Source: Flavobacteriales bacterium (lineage in GTDB: Bacteria; Bacteroidota; Bacteroidia; Palsa-965). From it: a DNA stretch of 64,000 nt. Position numbers and translations under genes: made by a program. Positions 1-11,659 of this stretch are shown here, piece by piece. Under the pieces are notes generated by a model that was not told where the DNA came from, made no database searches, and saw only the letters and a list, made by a program, of their open reading frames with translations. The stretch is taken from the NCBI GenBank assembly GCA_040377305.1, contig JBEIPA010000003.1, positions 188,978-252,977 of the forward strand, given 5' to 3'. How positions within the stretch are numbered: the first letter of the stretch is position 1; each line of letters starts with the position of its first letter.

Positions 1-559
1 CGAAAGGAGCGTTCGAAGCATACAACGCAAGAATTTCTTCTTTCGAGTAAGTTGCTTCCATCCGCGTTGCCATGGTTACTTCGATCAACTTCTGCCAAAC
101 TGTTCGCGGTGGATTTTTTCGCGACATACGAATTACCTGCATCGTGATGGTACTTCCACCGGAAACTACTTCTCCACTGGAAATGTTCTGCTTCAATGCA
201 CGAAACATGGAAACCGGATTCACTCCCGGGTGATTGTAGAAATGTTTGTCCTCAAACTGAACCAAACATTGCGCAAACTTGTATGGAACTGTTGCGCGTT
301 CAGGAAACCTCCATTGCCCGTCGGTTGCAATTTTAGCGCCGAGTAATTTTCCGTCGCGACTGAGAATAACCGTGCTGGTTGGATCGGAAAACAACTGCGA
401 CGGAATCGAAAACCACCACACGATCAGGAAAACAAAAAACGCAGTTGCGAACTTTCCCTTCTTCGTTTTGAAAAAGCGTTTGTACCACTCCCAGAATTTG
501 CTGAGAATGGTTTTCGCGTGTTGTGCGAAAGAGTATAGAAAAGTGCGAAGCTTTTTCAC
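1..559 (-). CDS. pbpC: Penicillin-binding protein 1C, N-terminal part (runs off the window edge)
   Basis: Not in the ORF track; translated by hand from GTG at 559: TM segment, then LLGAKIATDGQWRFP...QFEDKHFYNHPGVNP...SGGSTITMQVIRM...KLIE...YSKEEILALYASNAPF. These are transglycosylase motifs with the PBP1C-typical DGQWRF. Confidence 0.9.
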   Translation of the reverse strand, partial: MKKLRTFLYSFAQHAKTILSKFWEWYKRFFKTKKGKFATAFFVFLIVWWFSIPSQLFSDPTSTVILSRDGKLLGAKIATDGQWRFPERATVPYKFAQCLVQFEDKHFYNHPGVNPVSMFRALKQNISSGEVVSGGSTITMQVIRMSRKNPPRTVWQKLIEVTMATRMEATYSKEEILALYASNAPF

Positions 560-571
560 GGCAATCTAAAA

Positions 572-1363
572 TTACCAATCTAAAAGCTCAGTCGACCAAC
601 AATCGGCACTCTGGCGAAACATTCTTTCACGCCACATGAGTTCACCGGACTGATGAATCATCCAAGGTTGATGCCCTTCTTCATCACGATTGCCGGAGAC
701 TTCACCGAACATGGAATCATCGGATCGCGTGCCGTAGTGATAGGAAATCACCTTCGTTGTGTCGTTGTATCGGAATTCAAACAAATCCGGATAGCGACAA
801 TCAACGGAAGTTACCGTGGTAAAGATCTCTTCACCACCCAAAATGGAAATCATCATGGCCATTGCGGATACACAGGTATTGCATGTGGTTACCTGACCCA
901 TGGCGAGATAGTGTGTTGAATCCATTTGGTGGATTCCCGAGAAGTGGTAAGAAACATAAATTCCCGGCAGCAAACGTGCTCTGTAGATTGTTCGCGTGGT
1001 CAGAAATACGATCGTGATGTTGGAGCGAAATGATCCACCTGTTTTCTCGTCAATCGTGAAGGTGTGCGCACGACTATCGTCTGAAATCGTATGTGAAATT
1101 CCGGGTGTATTAATTTGTTTCGCCGGGTCGAGCTTCATGTACTGTGCATTGTTCAGCACTTCGAGAAGTATTGCGACAATCCGTTGTTGGTAGTCGTATA
1201 GCTTTTCAACGTGTTGCTGATTGTTTACGTAAGGATTCATGGTGTCGTAAACAGAAGCGTAGTACTGAAGACTATCGAGTCGGGCTTTTAATTCAACGTG
1301 TGGTTCGGAAGCGCGTAGTGAGAATGTCAGTAGAAGGCAAGAAGTAAAGAGCAGAGCTCTCAT
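572..1363 (-). CDS. Secreted hypothetical protein
   Basis: ORF with signal peptide from ATG 1363 (MRALLFTSCLLLTFSLRA); no family recognised. Confidence 0.7.
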   Translation of the reverse strand: MRALLFTSCLLLTFSLRASEPHVELKARLDSLQYYASVYDTMNPYVNNQQHVEKLYDYQQRIVAILLEVLNNAQYMKLDPAKQINTPGISHTISDDSRAHTFTIDEKTGGSFRSNITIVFLTTRTIYRARLLPGIYVSYHFSGIHQMDSTHYLAMGQVTTCNTCVSAMAMMISILGGEEIFTTVTSVDCRYPDLFEFRYNDTTKVISYHYGTRSDDSMFGEVSGNRDEEGHQPWMIHQSGELMWRERMFRQSADCWSTELLDW

Positions 1364-1476
1364 GATTGTAAGATTTGGACAGGTCAAATGTATTGTGGAT
1401 AAAACCCGAAAAATGAGACAACGGATAAGTGTGGCTTCTGTCTTTTCAGGTGTCGTGGTTATAGCGTAGTCGTGAT

Positions 1477-1559
1477 AGGGATTAGGGGATTAAGGGAATA
1501 AGGGATTTGGGTGATGGATGCTTTATTAATGCCTAAATCCCTTAATCCCCTAATTCCCC
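1477..1559. repeat. Octamer tandem tract (GATTAGGG-like) facing its reverse complement
   Basis: gattaggggattaagggaataagggattt ... aaatcccttaatcccctaattccc. Confidence 0.75.
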
Positions 1560-1616
1560 AACATATTTTTTGTGGAATTCCGAATAACCCTGCATCCTAT
1601 TTTCAAAACCACCATT

Positions 1617-2114
1617 ATGAAGCCCGTTGTTGCAATCAATACACCTTGTCCCGAGTCCTGGGAGAAAATGAATCCTGAAGAGCAAGGTCGTTTTTGCGAT
1701 CAGTGTTGCAAAGTAGTTGTCGACTTTACACAAATGTCGAACACGGCCATTGCATCATATCTACAGAAGCATGCTGAGCAGAAAACCTGTGGACGGTTCA
1801 ATGTAGAACAGGTTGCACAGTTGCCGGCGAAGAGAATCAGGTTTTCATTCAACATTCAGAAATTCGCAGCGGCAATCCTGTTGGCATTCGGCACATTTCT
1901 GTTTGCATCTTGCGGTAGCATCAAACCAAAGGATCATGAAGTGATGGGAGACGTTGCCTATATTCCCGATACAACGATCAGGAATCAAACGCAACAGGTC
2001 GATACTATCAGGCAACAGCACGTGATGGGAAAACCGCAACCTATTTGTGTGGTTCCGGAAGACACAAATATGATTCTTGGGGAGATTCAATATATCCCGC
2101 AAGACGAGAAATAG
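1617..2114 (+). CDS. Hypothetical membrane protein with Cys-rich N-terminal motif (PC-x-E-x-W...RFC-x2-C-x-K-x-V-x-DF...CGRF)
   Basis: This motif is common at the N-terminus of Bacteroidota TonB-C/carboxypeptidase-regulatory-domain proteins; it is followed by a hydrophobic segment ending FASC. Confidence 0.7.
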   Translation: MKPVVAINTPCPESWEKMNPEEQGRFCDQCCKVVVDFTQMSNTAIASYLQKHAEQKTCGRFNVEQVAQLPAKRIRFSFNIQKFAAAILLAFGTFLFASCGSIKPKDHEVMGDVAYIPDTTIRNQTQQVDTIRQQHVMGKPQPICVVPEDTNMILGEIQYIPQDEK

Positions 2115-2320
2115 GAACGCGGATTTTGATGTCCATTGTTTGCTAGCGGTTCACTCGGATCACTTTGGTAGACATCAACTTTTCACAACTGATCTTATGA
2201 GATACGGTTGAGCTTATCTCATAAAATCCATTATCCTGCCCGTGAAACATACCGTGCACATCCAAAAAATACGATAGCACGCCTTGTATATAAAAATCCG
2301 CGTTCCCAAATCCGCGTTCC
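2114..2320. repeat. MITE-like palindromic element, copy 1
   Basis: Ends GGAACGCGGATTTT ... AAAATCCGCGTTCC (right end duplicated); central palindrome GATCTTATGAGATA-N-TATCTCATAAAATC; second copy at 63188-63607. Confidence 0.75.
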
Positions 2321-2338
2321 AATTCGTATTTTCACAGC

Positions 2339-2926
2339 ATGAGATTCTTATTCGTCGTGATGTTGTCCATACTAGCTGTTTCCTGCCTTACCGAAGAGCA
2401 GCAACAGCAAGCCCTGATTGCAGATTCAATTGCTCTCGCAGAAACGAGCATTGACACTTTCATTGTTGCTAAAGGAGAGAGCATTCTTTCGAACGAGAAT
2501 GAAGAAGGCGACAGCTTACGTGCAGATAACGACACCGCGATTGAAAATATTCGCATTGCGATTAACGGTTCTAACACTCCCGAAGATGAAATGACGGGAG
2601 GTTCCACTACGATCGTGAAGAATCCGGATGTGGGTCCTTCCTTTCCAGGTGGGAGTACAGCGATGGATGCGCATATCCGGAAAAACCTCATTTATCCCGC
2701 AGTCGCTTTTCAGAACGATATCACAGGCACCGTAAATGTACGTTTCGTCGTAGAATCCGACGGACGTATCACCGGAATCGTTGCACAAAACACGCTTGGG
2801 TTTGGTTGCGATGAATCGGCAATTGACCTCATCAAAGGCATGCCAAAATGGTCGCCGGGGAAGAAGGGCGGAGTGGCAGTGCGATGTTCGGTTGTGCTAC
2901 CCATTACATTCTCTACACCAGAGTAA
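2339..2926 (+). CDS. Energy transducer TonB C-terminal domain protein
   Basis: PSFPGG...YPAVA...ITGTVNVRFVVESDG...MPKWSPGK...LPITF; lipoprotein-like signal (LAVSC). Confidence 0.88.
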   Translation: MRFLFVVMLSILAVSCLTEEQQQQALIADSIALAETSIDTFIVAKGESILSNENEEGDSLRADNDTAIENIRIAINGSNTPEDEMTGGSTTIVKNPDVGPSFPGGSTAMDAHIRKNLIYPAVAFQNDITGTVNVRFVVESDGRITGIVAQNTLGFGCDESAIDLIKGMPKWSPGKKGGVAVRCSVVLPITFSTPE

Positions 2927-2930
2927 AAAA

Positions 2931-3008
2931 GTCGCAGTAGCAGTGGCAGTTGCAGTCAGTTGGACGGTAACTGAATACTGACTGCGACTGCAACTGCCAC
3001 TGTGACTC
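2931..3008. repeat. Hexamer tandem tract (GCAGTN) facing its reverse complement
   Basis: gtcgcagtagcagtggcagttgcagtcagt ... actgactgcgactgcaactgccactgtgact. Confidence 0.8.
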
Positions 3009-3061
3009 GTGTATATCGTTAATTTTGGTTATTTCACCCTTGTCTACCCCCCGCAGAACCC

Positions 3062-3069
3062 TATATTTG
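3062..3069 (+). promoter_or_regulatory. Bacteroidota sigma-70 -7 box (TAnnTTTG)
   Basis: TATATTTG about 19 nt upstream of the ompH GTG start. Confidence 0.6.
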
Positions 3070-3087
3070 CCGGTAAATCTTCCAACT

Positions 3088-3729
3088 GTGAAAAGTGTAA
3101 ATTCAATTGTTACCATCATTCTGGGTATTGCGGTCGCGATACTGTTCTATCTCCACTTCAGTTCCCGTCAGGATATTGCTGATGTACAGGACAAACAGGA
3201 TTCAACCAGCAATCACGTAATCACCAGTCTGCCGAAAGATCTTCAAGGCGCGAAGGTGTTGTATGTGAACATCGATTCTATCAACAGCAACTATCACGCG
3301 TATACTGAACTCGCAACTGATGCGAATAACAACCTTCAGGGGCAAATGGCTGCTTACCAGCGTAAAGCTCAGTCTTTGCAGGATCGTTATGCGAAGCTTC
3401 AGGAGCAAGTGAATATGGGAACGATTTCTCCTGATGTTGCAGCAGCAGAAGAAACGGCAATCAACGCAGGATTGGAAGAACTGAAGCGTATGGAAGCGAA
3501 TCTTGCATACCTCGAGAGTGCAGCGATGCAGAAGAACGATGAAATTTCTGCCCAGATTGCCATGTATTTCGAGGTTTACGCACAAGCGAAAGGAATCGAT
3601 TACATCATGATGTACGGAACCGGAATGCCGATTATCTACGCAAACGATAGTCTCGACGTAACTTACGATGTGGTGAAAGCCCTAAACGAAGAATACGACG
3701 CTGCAAAAGCGGTAGCTCCGAAGAAATAG
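3088..3729 (+). CDS. ompH: OmpH/Skp family outer-membrane chaperone
   Basis: N-terminal TM, KVLYVNIDSI, coiled coil, GIDYIM...IIYANDSLDVTYDVVKALN. GTG start inferred. Confidence 0.85.
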   Translation: MKSVNSIVTIILGIAVAILFYLHFSSRQDIADVQDKQDSTSNHVITSLPKDLQGAKVLYVNIDSINSNYHAYTELATDANNNLQGQMAAYQRKAQSLQDRYAKLQEQVNMGTISPDVAAAEETAINAGLEELKRMEANLAYLESAAMQKNDEISAQIAMYFEVYAQAKGIDYIMMYGTGMPIIYANDSLDVTYDVVKALNEEYDAAKAVAPKK

Positions 3730-3746
3730 TTTTGAAAAGTTATGTG

Positions 3747-3793
3747 ATCCGGCTCCGAAGACCTTGTGTCATTGGAGCCGGATTTGTTTTTTT
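3747..3793 (+). terminator. Intrinsic terminator
   Basis: ATCCGGCTCC-N-GGAGCCGGAT followed by a T tract, downstream of ompH. Confidence 0.7.
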
Positions 3794-3873
3794 ACATGCG
3801 GTAGTCCGCCTTCTCCCGATGGCTATCGGGATAGGCTCAGTCTGACAACCTTTCCAAACTAAAGAAGAGAAAA

Positions 3874-6028
<2,155 letters not shown>

Positions 6029-6087
6029 GGATGCTCACCTAGCGATATGTACCTGTATTTGACTGCCAACTGCCCAACTGCCTACGG

Positions 6088-6726
6088 TCACCTCGCCCAC
6101 GGCCCTTCCACAAACACCCGCACAATCAAAACCAATCCCGAAATCATCATAATGATTCCTGCGATTTGGTTGACGCGGTGAATCCACACATCGTTGAGGT
6201 AGCCTTTGATTTTTCCTGCAGCGAGTGATTTGCCGATGTCAGTCGCGAGAATTGTGACAAGTGTTGTAGTGAAGAATGCGAGAATGAGACCGAAGTCGTT
6301 GTTGAATTTTGTGGTGGAGAGGGAGATTGCGCCAATCCACAGGAAGATTACGAACGGATTGAAAAGATTCATCAGAAATCCCTTCAAGGCCATTGCGCCG
6401 TAGGAATTTTTCTGCTCAGGCATTTCACCATCTACGTTCTGCACTTTGGTTTTCTTTACGTACTGATAAATGCCGTAGCCGATGAGAAGCACACCGCCTG
6501 TAACTCCAACCGGAATTGCATACGCTTCGTCCATGAGCCATGCCGACAACCCGAACCAGGCAAGAAGAAGGTACATGAAATCGCTCAGGAAAATTCCCAG
6601 TGCCATAGCAATGCCCGATTTGTAACCGCGCTTAAGACTGGTTTGTATCAATCCGAAGAAGGATGGCCCCAGAGAGAAAGCCAACGCAATTCCGAATACA
6701 AATCCTTGTCCTATTGCTGTGAACAT
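6088..6726 (-). CDS. LysE family translocator
   Basis: LGPSFF...GYKSGIAMALGIFLSD...GFLMNLFNP; about 6 TM segments. Confidence 0.88.
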   Translation of the reverse strand: MFTAIGQGFVFGIALAFSLGPSFFGLIQTSLKRGYKSGIAMALGIFLSDFMYLLLAWFGLSAWLMDEAYAIPVGVTGGVLLIGYGIYQYVKKTKVQNVDGEMPEQKNSYGAMALKGFLMNLFNPFVIFLWIGAISLSTTKFNNDFGLILAFFTTTLVTILATDIGKSLAAGKIKGYLNDVWIHRVNQIAGIIMMISGLVLIVRVFVEGPWAR

Positions 6727-6727
6727 G

Positions 6728-8266
6728 CTATGCGTTTACTTTTTCGTATTCCGTAATGTGTTGTTTCCAGTCTTCGAGACGATCGTTCTTCATTACGCGT
6801 GGAAACTTATGCTGTCCGCCGAATTTTCCATGCTTCTTCATCCAGTTCATGAATGCTTCGCTTGGCAAAACGGTGATCATTATTTCTTTCAATGCGGCAA
6901 TGCGTTCAACGCGATAATCGTCGTTCAATTCGCACAGTTGCGCATCAATCATCTGACGAAGTTGTTCCGGGTCAACAGCGTCATCGGTTCCAACGTACCA
7001 GTGATGCGCAAACAAATTCTCGTAATTAATTCCTGCCACTGTGTATTCCGGAATGCTGATGTTGAGCTGTTCCGATATGAGATCAATGGCGCGGTTCATA
7101 TTGTCCTGCGATAAGTGTTCTCCGCAGAGACTGAGGAATTGTTTGGTACGACCGGTGATAATAATTTCTGCATGGTCTACATCCGTAAAACGAATGGTAT
7201 CGCCTATGAGATAGCGCCACGCTCCGGAGCACGTTGAAATAAGCAGAGCATATTCCGTCTGATCATCTACTTCAGAAATGTTGAGGGTATGCGGATTTCC
7301 TTTTACCGCTCCGTCTCCATCGAAGTTCTCTTCATTGAAGGGAATGAACTCATAAAAAATTCCGTTGTCGATGAGCAGTTTCTGTCCTTCTTTATCCGGA
7401 TGATCCTGATACGCGATGAATCCTTCGGACGCAAGATATGTTTCGAGATAAGCAATCTTTTTTCCGGTCAACGCTTCGAAACCTTTCTTGTACGGACGGA
7501 ATGAAACACCGCCCCATACATACACCGCCAGGTTTGGCCAGATGTCATGAATGGTTTTTACGTTGTAATGTGCAATGATGCGCTCAAATAAAATCTGAAT
7601 CCACGCAGGAACTCCGGCAACAATTCCAATGTCCCACTGCGATGCGTTTTTCACGATTTCTTCCAGCTTCGTATTCCAGTCGCGCTCGCGGGCAATACGA
7701 TTTCCGGGTTTGTAGAAATGCTGAAACCAGAACGGAATATTTCCGGTAGTGATCCCACTCAAGTCGCCGGAGTAGTACGTTCCGTTGTAATTCAGGTGTG
7801 TACTGCCCCCGATCATGAGCATTCCTTTCGTAAAGAACGTTTCCGGAAGATCGAAGTAATGCAATGCCATCATCTGGCGAATACTTGCTTTACGGATGGC
7901 CCTCATCGTATCTCTCGTCACTGGGATGTGCTTCGAAGACGAATCGGATGTTCCCGAACTCAATGCAAAATATTTCACCCGCTCCGGCCATGTAACAAAT
8001 GCTTCTCCGTTCAGTGAACGATACCACCATTTGCGAAACATGGAGTTGTAGTCGTGATGATCAACAGTTGCCTGAAACTCTTTGATCGGATCGGGCTTCG
8101 TGAGCAGTTTCGTGAAGTTGTAGTGTTCGCCGAATGCAGTGAACTCTGCCTTCGCCAAAAGTTTGCGCAAAGTCTTGAGCTGAACTTTGTAATTATCTTT
8201 TCTGCGACGAGGTATGCGTCTGTTCAGCGCAATCGTTCGTTTCAGAATAGAACCAATGAGTGCCAT
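6728..8266 (-). CDS. GH3 auxin-responsive family acyl-adenylate-forming protein
   Basis: FALSSGTSD..SKHIPVT, ETYLASEGF, WRYLIGDTIRF, ITGRTK, GGQHKFPRV. Confidence 0.9.
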   Translation of the reverse strand: MALIGSILKRTIALNRRIPRRRKDNYKVQLKTLRKLLAKAEFTAFGEHYNFTKLLTKPDPIKEFQATVDHHDYNSMFRKWWYRSLNGEAFVTWPERVKYFALSSGTSDSSSKHIPVTRDTMRAIRKASIRQMMALHYFDLPETFFTKGMLMIGGSTHLNYNGTYYSGDLSGITTGNIPFWFQHFYKPGNRIARERDWNTKLEEIVKNASQWDIGIVAGVPAWIQILFERIIAHYNVKTIHDIWPNLAVYVWGGVSFRPYKKGFEALTGKKIAYLETYLASEGFIAYQDHPDKEGQKLLIDNGIFYEFIPFNEENFDGDGAVKGNPHTLNISEVDDQTEYALLISTCSGAWRYLIGDTIRFTDVDHAEIIITGRTKQFLSLCGEHLSQDNMNRAIDLISEQLNISIPEYTVAGINYENLFAHHWYVGTDDAVDPEQLRQMIDAQLCELNDDYRVERIAALKEIMITVLPSEAFMNWMKKHGKFGGQHKFPRVMKNDRLEDWKQHITEYEKVNA

Positions 8267-8286
8267 GGATGCCTCCGGGAGAAAAT

Positions 8287-9135
8287 TTATTCTATACTTA
8301 CCAGTTTCGCACGAATACCTGCAATATGTGCAGTTGCTGCAGCGAGTTCATCCGTCGTGTATTCTGCTGCCGGAGATGATAGCTTCTTGTATTCTGCAAT
8401 GTCGTTGTGCATCTCCATGAAGAGACTATCGTTCGGAAACATTGCCAACATAGAAATCACATCATCCGTATGCTTTTGTTGTTCCTCCAGCATATCAAAC
8501 AGCAACTTATTCGTTTCTGTTTTCGCTTCACCGTTGAGTTGTTGGGTTGTGAGATACAAACTTTCGACCCAACCGCCAGTTACCACAAGTGCAGCTAAAC
8601 CAAAACGTTCGTTGCTCTGAAGTGTACTATCGATTCGGGTGTACGAAGTGTGCATCATCTTCTGAACAGAATCCTGTTTGTCGGACTCCATCTGGTATTT
8701 ATTCATCGTTGCTTCGTTGAATACAGTTGGAATGACCACTGCATCAGCAAGCATACGCACAGATTTCAGATATGCACCCGATTCTCCGAGACGCTCGAAA
8801 GCAATCATGTACGCCATATCGGCACCGTACACACCAATGTTCACTGCCTGACCTTCTGCAGTATTGTACTTCGAAACATTCCCATCCGGATTGAGCATTT
8901 CCTTTTTGTAAGGAAGACCCGAGCCGGCGACTTTATTCATGATCTCGAAAGGAATCGGAATACTCGCTATGATTTTGCGAAGCTCCTCCTGTTCCTTCTC
9001 AGAAAGATTCTGCATCAGGGGAATTTCCTTGATTGAATCATTCTTGATCGGATCAGTTGGTTTACTACCGCATCCCCCGAGCGATAATAAAGCTGCAACA
9101 ATGCTTCCGGCGAATATCTTGTTGGTTAGCGTCAT
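8287..9135 (-). CDS. Conserved hypothetical lipoprotein
   Basis: Lipobox LGGC; helical body with IPIPFE, NIGVYGADMAY, GGWVESLY. Confidence 0.75.
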   Translation of the reverse strand: MTLTNKIFAGSIVAALLSLGGCGSKPTDPIKNDSIKEIPLMQNLSEKEQEELRKIIASIPIPFEIMNKVAGSGLPYKKEMLNPDGNVSKYNTAEGQAVNIGVYGADMAYMIAFERLGESGAYLKSVRMLADAVVIPTVFNEATMNKYQMESDKQDSVQKMMHTSYTRIDSTLQSNERFGLAALVVTGGWVESLYLTTQQLNGEAKTETNKLLFDMLEEQQKHTDDVISMLAMFPNDSLFMEMHNDIAEYKKLSSPAAEYTTDELAAATAHIAGIRAKLVSIE

Positions 9136-10272
9136 CTATTTGATATAACGGAAATCGTGATTGACTTTGATGTTCTTTAGTGAAGCAATGATCAATCTGA
9201 TCACGCTATCCACATCATCCTTATGCACGCTTTCTACTGTGGTATGCATGTAACGTAATGGCAATGAAATCAACGCTGAAGGAACACCTCCAATGGAATA
9301 AGCAAATGCATCGGTATCGGTTCCGGTTGAACGGGAAGCTGCTTCACGCTGAAAAGGAATTTTTGCCTTCTCTGCAGAATCGATTATAAGATCGAGCAAT
9401 TTGTTGTGAACTGCAGGACCGTATGTCAACGAAGGACCTTTTCCGCAAGCAATATCTCCCTGCGCAACTTTGTTCATCATTGGTGTTTGTGTGTCGTGTG
9501 TTACGTCGGTAATGATTGCTACGTCGGGACGAATTGTTTCAGTGATCATTTCTGCACCACGTAAACCAACTTCTTCCTGAACAGAATTCACGATGTAAAG
9601 TGCAAAAGGCAACTTCACTTTATCCTTCTTCAGTAAACGCGCAACCTGTGCAATCATGAATCCGCCCACACGGTTGTCGAGTGCACGACCCATGTAGTAA
9701 CGGTTGTTGAGTACCATGAATTCGTCTTCGTACGTTACAACGCAGCCAACGTGTATGCCGAGATCAGCAACTTCTTTATCGCTGTTGCATCCGCAATCCA
9801 GGAAAATATTCCGGAGTGTAGGCGTTTCTTCTTTGCCTGCCTCGCGAACGTGAATTGCCGGCCATCCGAAAACAGCTTTTACAATTCCTTTTTTCGTGTG
9901 AATGTTCACGCGCTTCGATGGAGCAATCTGATGATCTGAGCCGCCGTTACGACGTAAGTAGATGAAACCGTCTTTCGTGATATAATGCACAAACCATGAA
10001 ATCTCATCGGCGTGGGCTTCAATCACCACTTTATATTTTGCAGTGGGATTGATTACACCGACCGCAGTTCCATACGTGTCGACAAAATGATGGTCGACAT
10101 GCGGACGAATATAATCAAGCCAAATTTGTTGACCCGGCGATTCGAATCCAGTTGGTGAAGGGTTATTGAGATAGCGTTCAAGGAATCCGATTTCCTCTGA
10201 ACCAAGTAATCCAGCTTTGCTTTTGCTCTTAGAAGCAGCTTTTGCAGGCTGTTTGCGTACGCGTTTTGCCAT
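9136..10272 (-). CDS. M42 family metallopeptidase
   Basis: SPTGFE, EAHADEI, ALDNRVG, VQEEVGLRGA, GTDTDA, RYMHT. Confidence 0.93.
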   Translation of the reverse strand: MAKRVRKQPAKAASKSKSKAGLLGSEEIGFLERYLNNPSPTGFESPGQQIWLDYIRPHVDHHFVDTYGTAVGVINPTAKYKVVIEAHADEISWFVHYITKDGFIYLRRNGGSDHQIAPSKRVNIHTKKGIVKAVFGWPAIHVREAGKEETPTLRNIFLDCGCNSDKEVADLGIHVGCVVTYEDEFMVLNNRYYMGRALDNRVGGFMIAQVARLLKKDKVKLPFALYIVNSVQEEVGLRGAEMITETIRPDVAIITDVTHDTQTPMMNKVAQGDIACGKGPSLTYGPAVHNKLLDLIIDSAEKAKIPFQREAASRSTGTDTDAFAYSIGGVPSALISLPLRYMHTTVESVHKDDVDSVIRLIIASLKNIKVNHDFRYIK

Positions 10273-10329
10273 AAATACAGATTGGGAGATAAAGTTACGG
10301 TAAGATAGCGGTTTTTCGAAGAAATCGAC

Positions 10330-10509
10330 CCTGTTTCCGGTTCCCAGTTCTCCGTTCCCCGTTCCCGGTTTGAGTGGTGCAGATTAGGTAATTCGTTGCA
10401 GTGATGGAGGATAGGGATTTGATAAGGTATAACAGTGCGAGATGGTCATTATTTCTGAAATAATTAGGACTAGCTGAAACTGGAAACAGGCAACCACAAA
10501 CAGGGAACT
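10330..10509. repeat. Heptamer tandem tract (GTTCCCN-like) with reverse-complement partner
   Basis: cctgtttccggttcccagttctccgttccccgttcccggttt ... gaaactggaaacaggcaaccacaaacagggaac; same family as 44453-44587. Confidence 0.65.
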
Positions 10510-10551
10510 TTTGCACAAAAACCCTATTTTTAGGATTCAAACACCTTAACA

Positions 10552-11604
10552 ATGACTTACCGTTTACTACTCCCTACGTTGCTTCTGGCGGCTGGACTGA
10601 ACACTGCTTCTGCTCAGGATACGATAAAAGCAACAACGCTCCCTCCGGCACAGGAAGCCGAAATTTCGTACAACAACGGAACGACCAAGTTCAACAATAA
10701 GCAGTATGCGGATGCAATTGCCGATTTCAACAAAGCGATTGAGCTCAAGCCTGACTTTGAGAAAGCGTATTACAACCGCGGACTTACGCGTATGGAGCTT
10801 TTTCAGAATAAAGCAGCGATCGAAGATTTTTCGAAATCGATTGAACTGAACGCCGGTGCTGACTATGCCTATTTATCGCGCGGACAAGCGAAGGAAGCAG
10901 AAGGAAATAAAGACGGTGCGGCGGGAGATTACGCGCAGGCAACTGTTTTGAATCCGCGAAACGATAAAGCATTTTACTACAATGGTGTTCTCAAGTTTGA
11001 AAGAATGGATTACACCGGAGCGATTGCAGATTTTGATAAAGCAATTCAGGTGAATGCCACCGACGCGTATTACTGGAACGATCGCGGAAGTGCCAAACGT
11101 ATGAAACAGGATTACGTTGGTGCAATTTCCGATTACAACATGGCGATCAAGTTGAATCCAGGACTTTCGTTTGTTTACAACAACAAAGGAAGTGCGCAGA
11201 AAGCAAATGGGGATCTGAAAGGTGCAATTGAATCGTACACCACCGCGGTGAACATGAAAACTGATTATTATGTTGCTTACAACAATCGAGGTACAGCGAA
11301 AATGGAGAACGGAGATCTTGTTGGTGCCATGTCAGATTTCAATCGCGCGATTCAACTCAAATCGGATTATGCATTTGCTTATGTAAATCGAGCTGCAGTT
11401 CGTTACAAACAACGCGACTACAAAGGAGCAGTGGAGGATTGCGACAAAGCAATTGCCATCAATTCTAATTATGCAGAAGCGTACCTCAACCGTGGAATTG
11501 CAAAAGAAATGTTGCGCGACAATTCAGCGTGCAGCGATTTCAAAAAAGCTTCTGAGCTTGGCTTGAAGCAGGCAGATCAGTATATCGGTGACTGCAACGA
11601 TTAA
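10552..11604 (+). CDS. Secreted tetratricopeptide repeat protein
   Basis: Signal peptide followed by about 9 repeats of AY-x-NRG...AI-x-DF-x-KAI. Confidence 0.92.
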   Translation: MTYRLLLPTLLLAAGLNTASAQDTIKATTLPPAQEAEISYNNGTTKFNNKQYADAIADFNKAIELKPDFEKAYYNRGLTRMELFQNKAAIEDFSKSIELNAGADYAYLSRGQAKEAEGNKDGAAGDYAQATVLNPRNDKAFYYNGVLKFERMDYTGAIADFDKAIQVNATDAYYWNDRGSAKRMKQDYVGAISDYNMAIKLNPGLSFVYNNKGSAQKANGDLKGAIESYTTAVNMKTDYYVAYNNRGTAKMENGDLVGAMSDFNRAIQLKSDYAFAYVNRAAVRYKQRDYKGAVEDCDKAIAINSNYAEAYLNRGIAKEMLRDNSACSDFKKASELGLKQADQYIGDCND

Positions 11605-11659
11605 ACTTACGACTACGCCCGATAATAATTCAATCGAAGTATTCAAGATGACCCATCAT

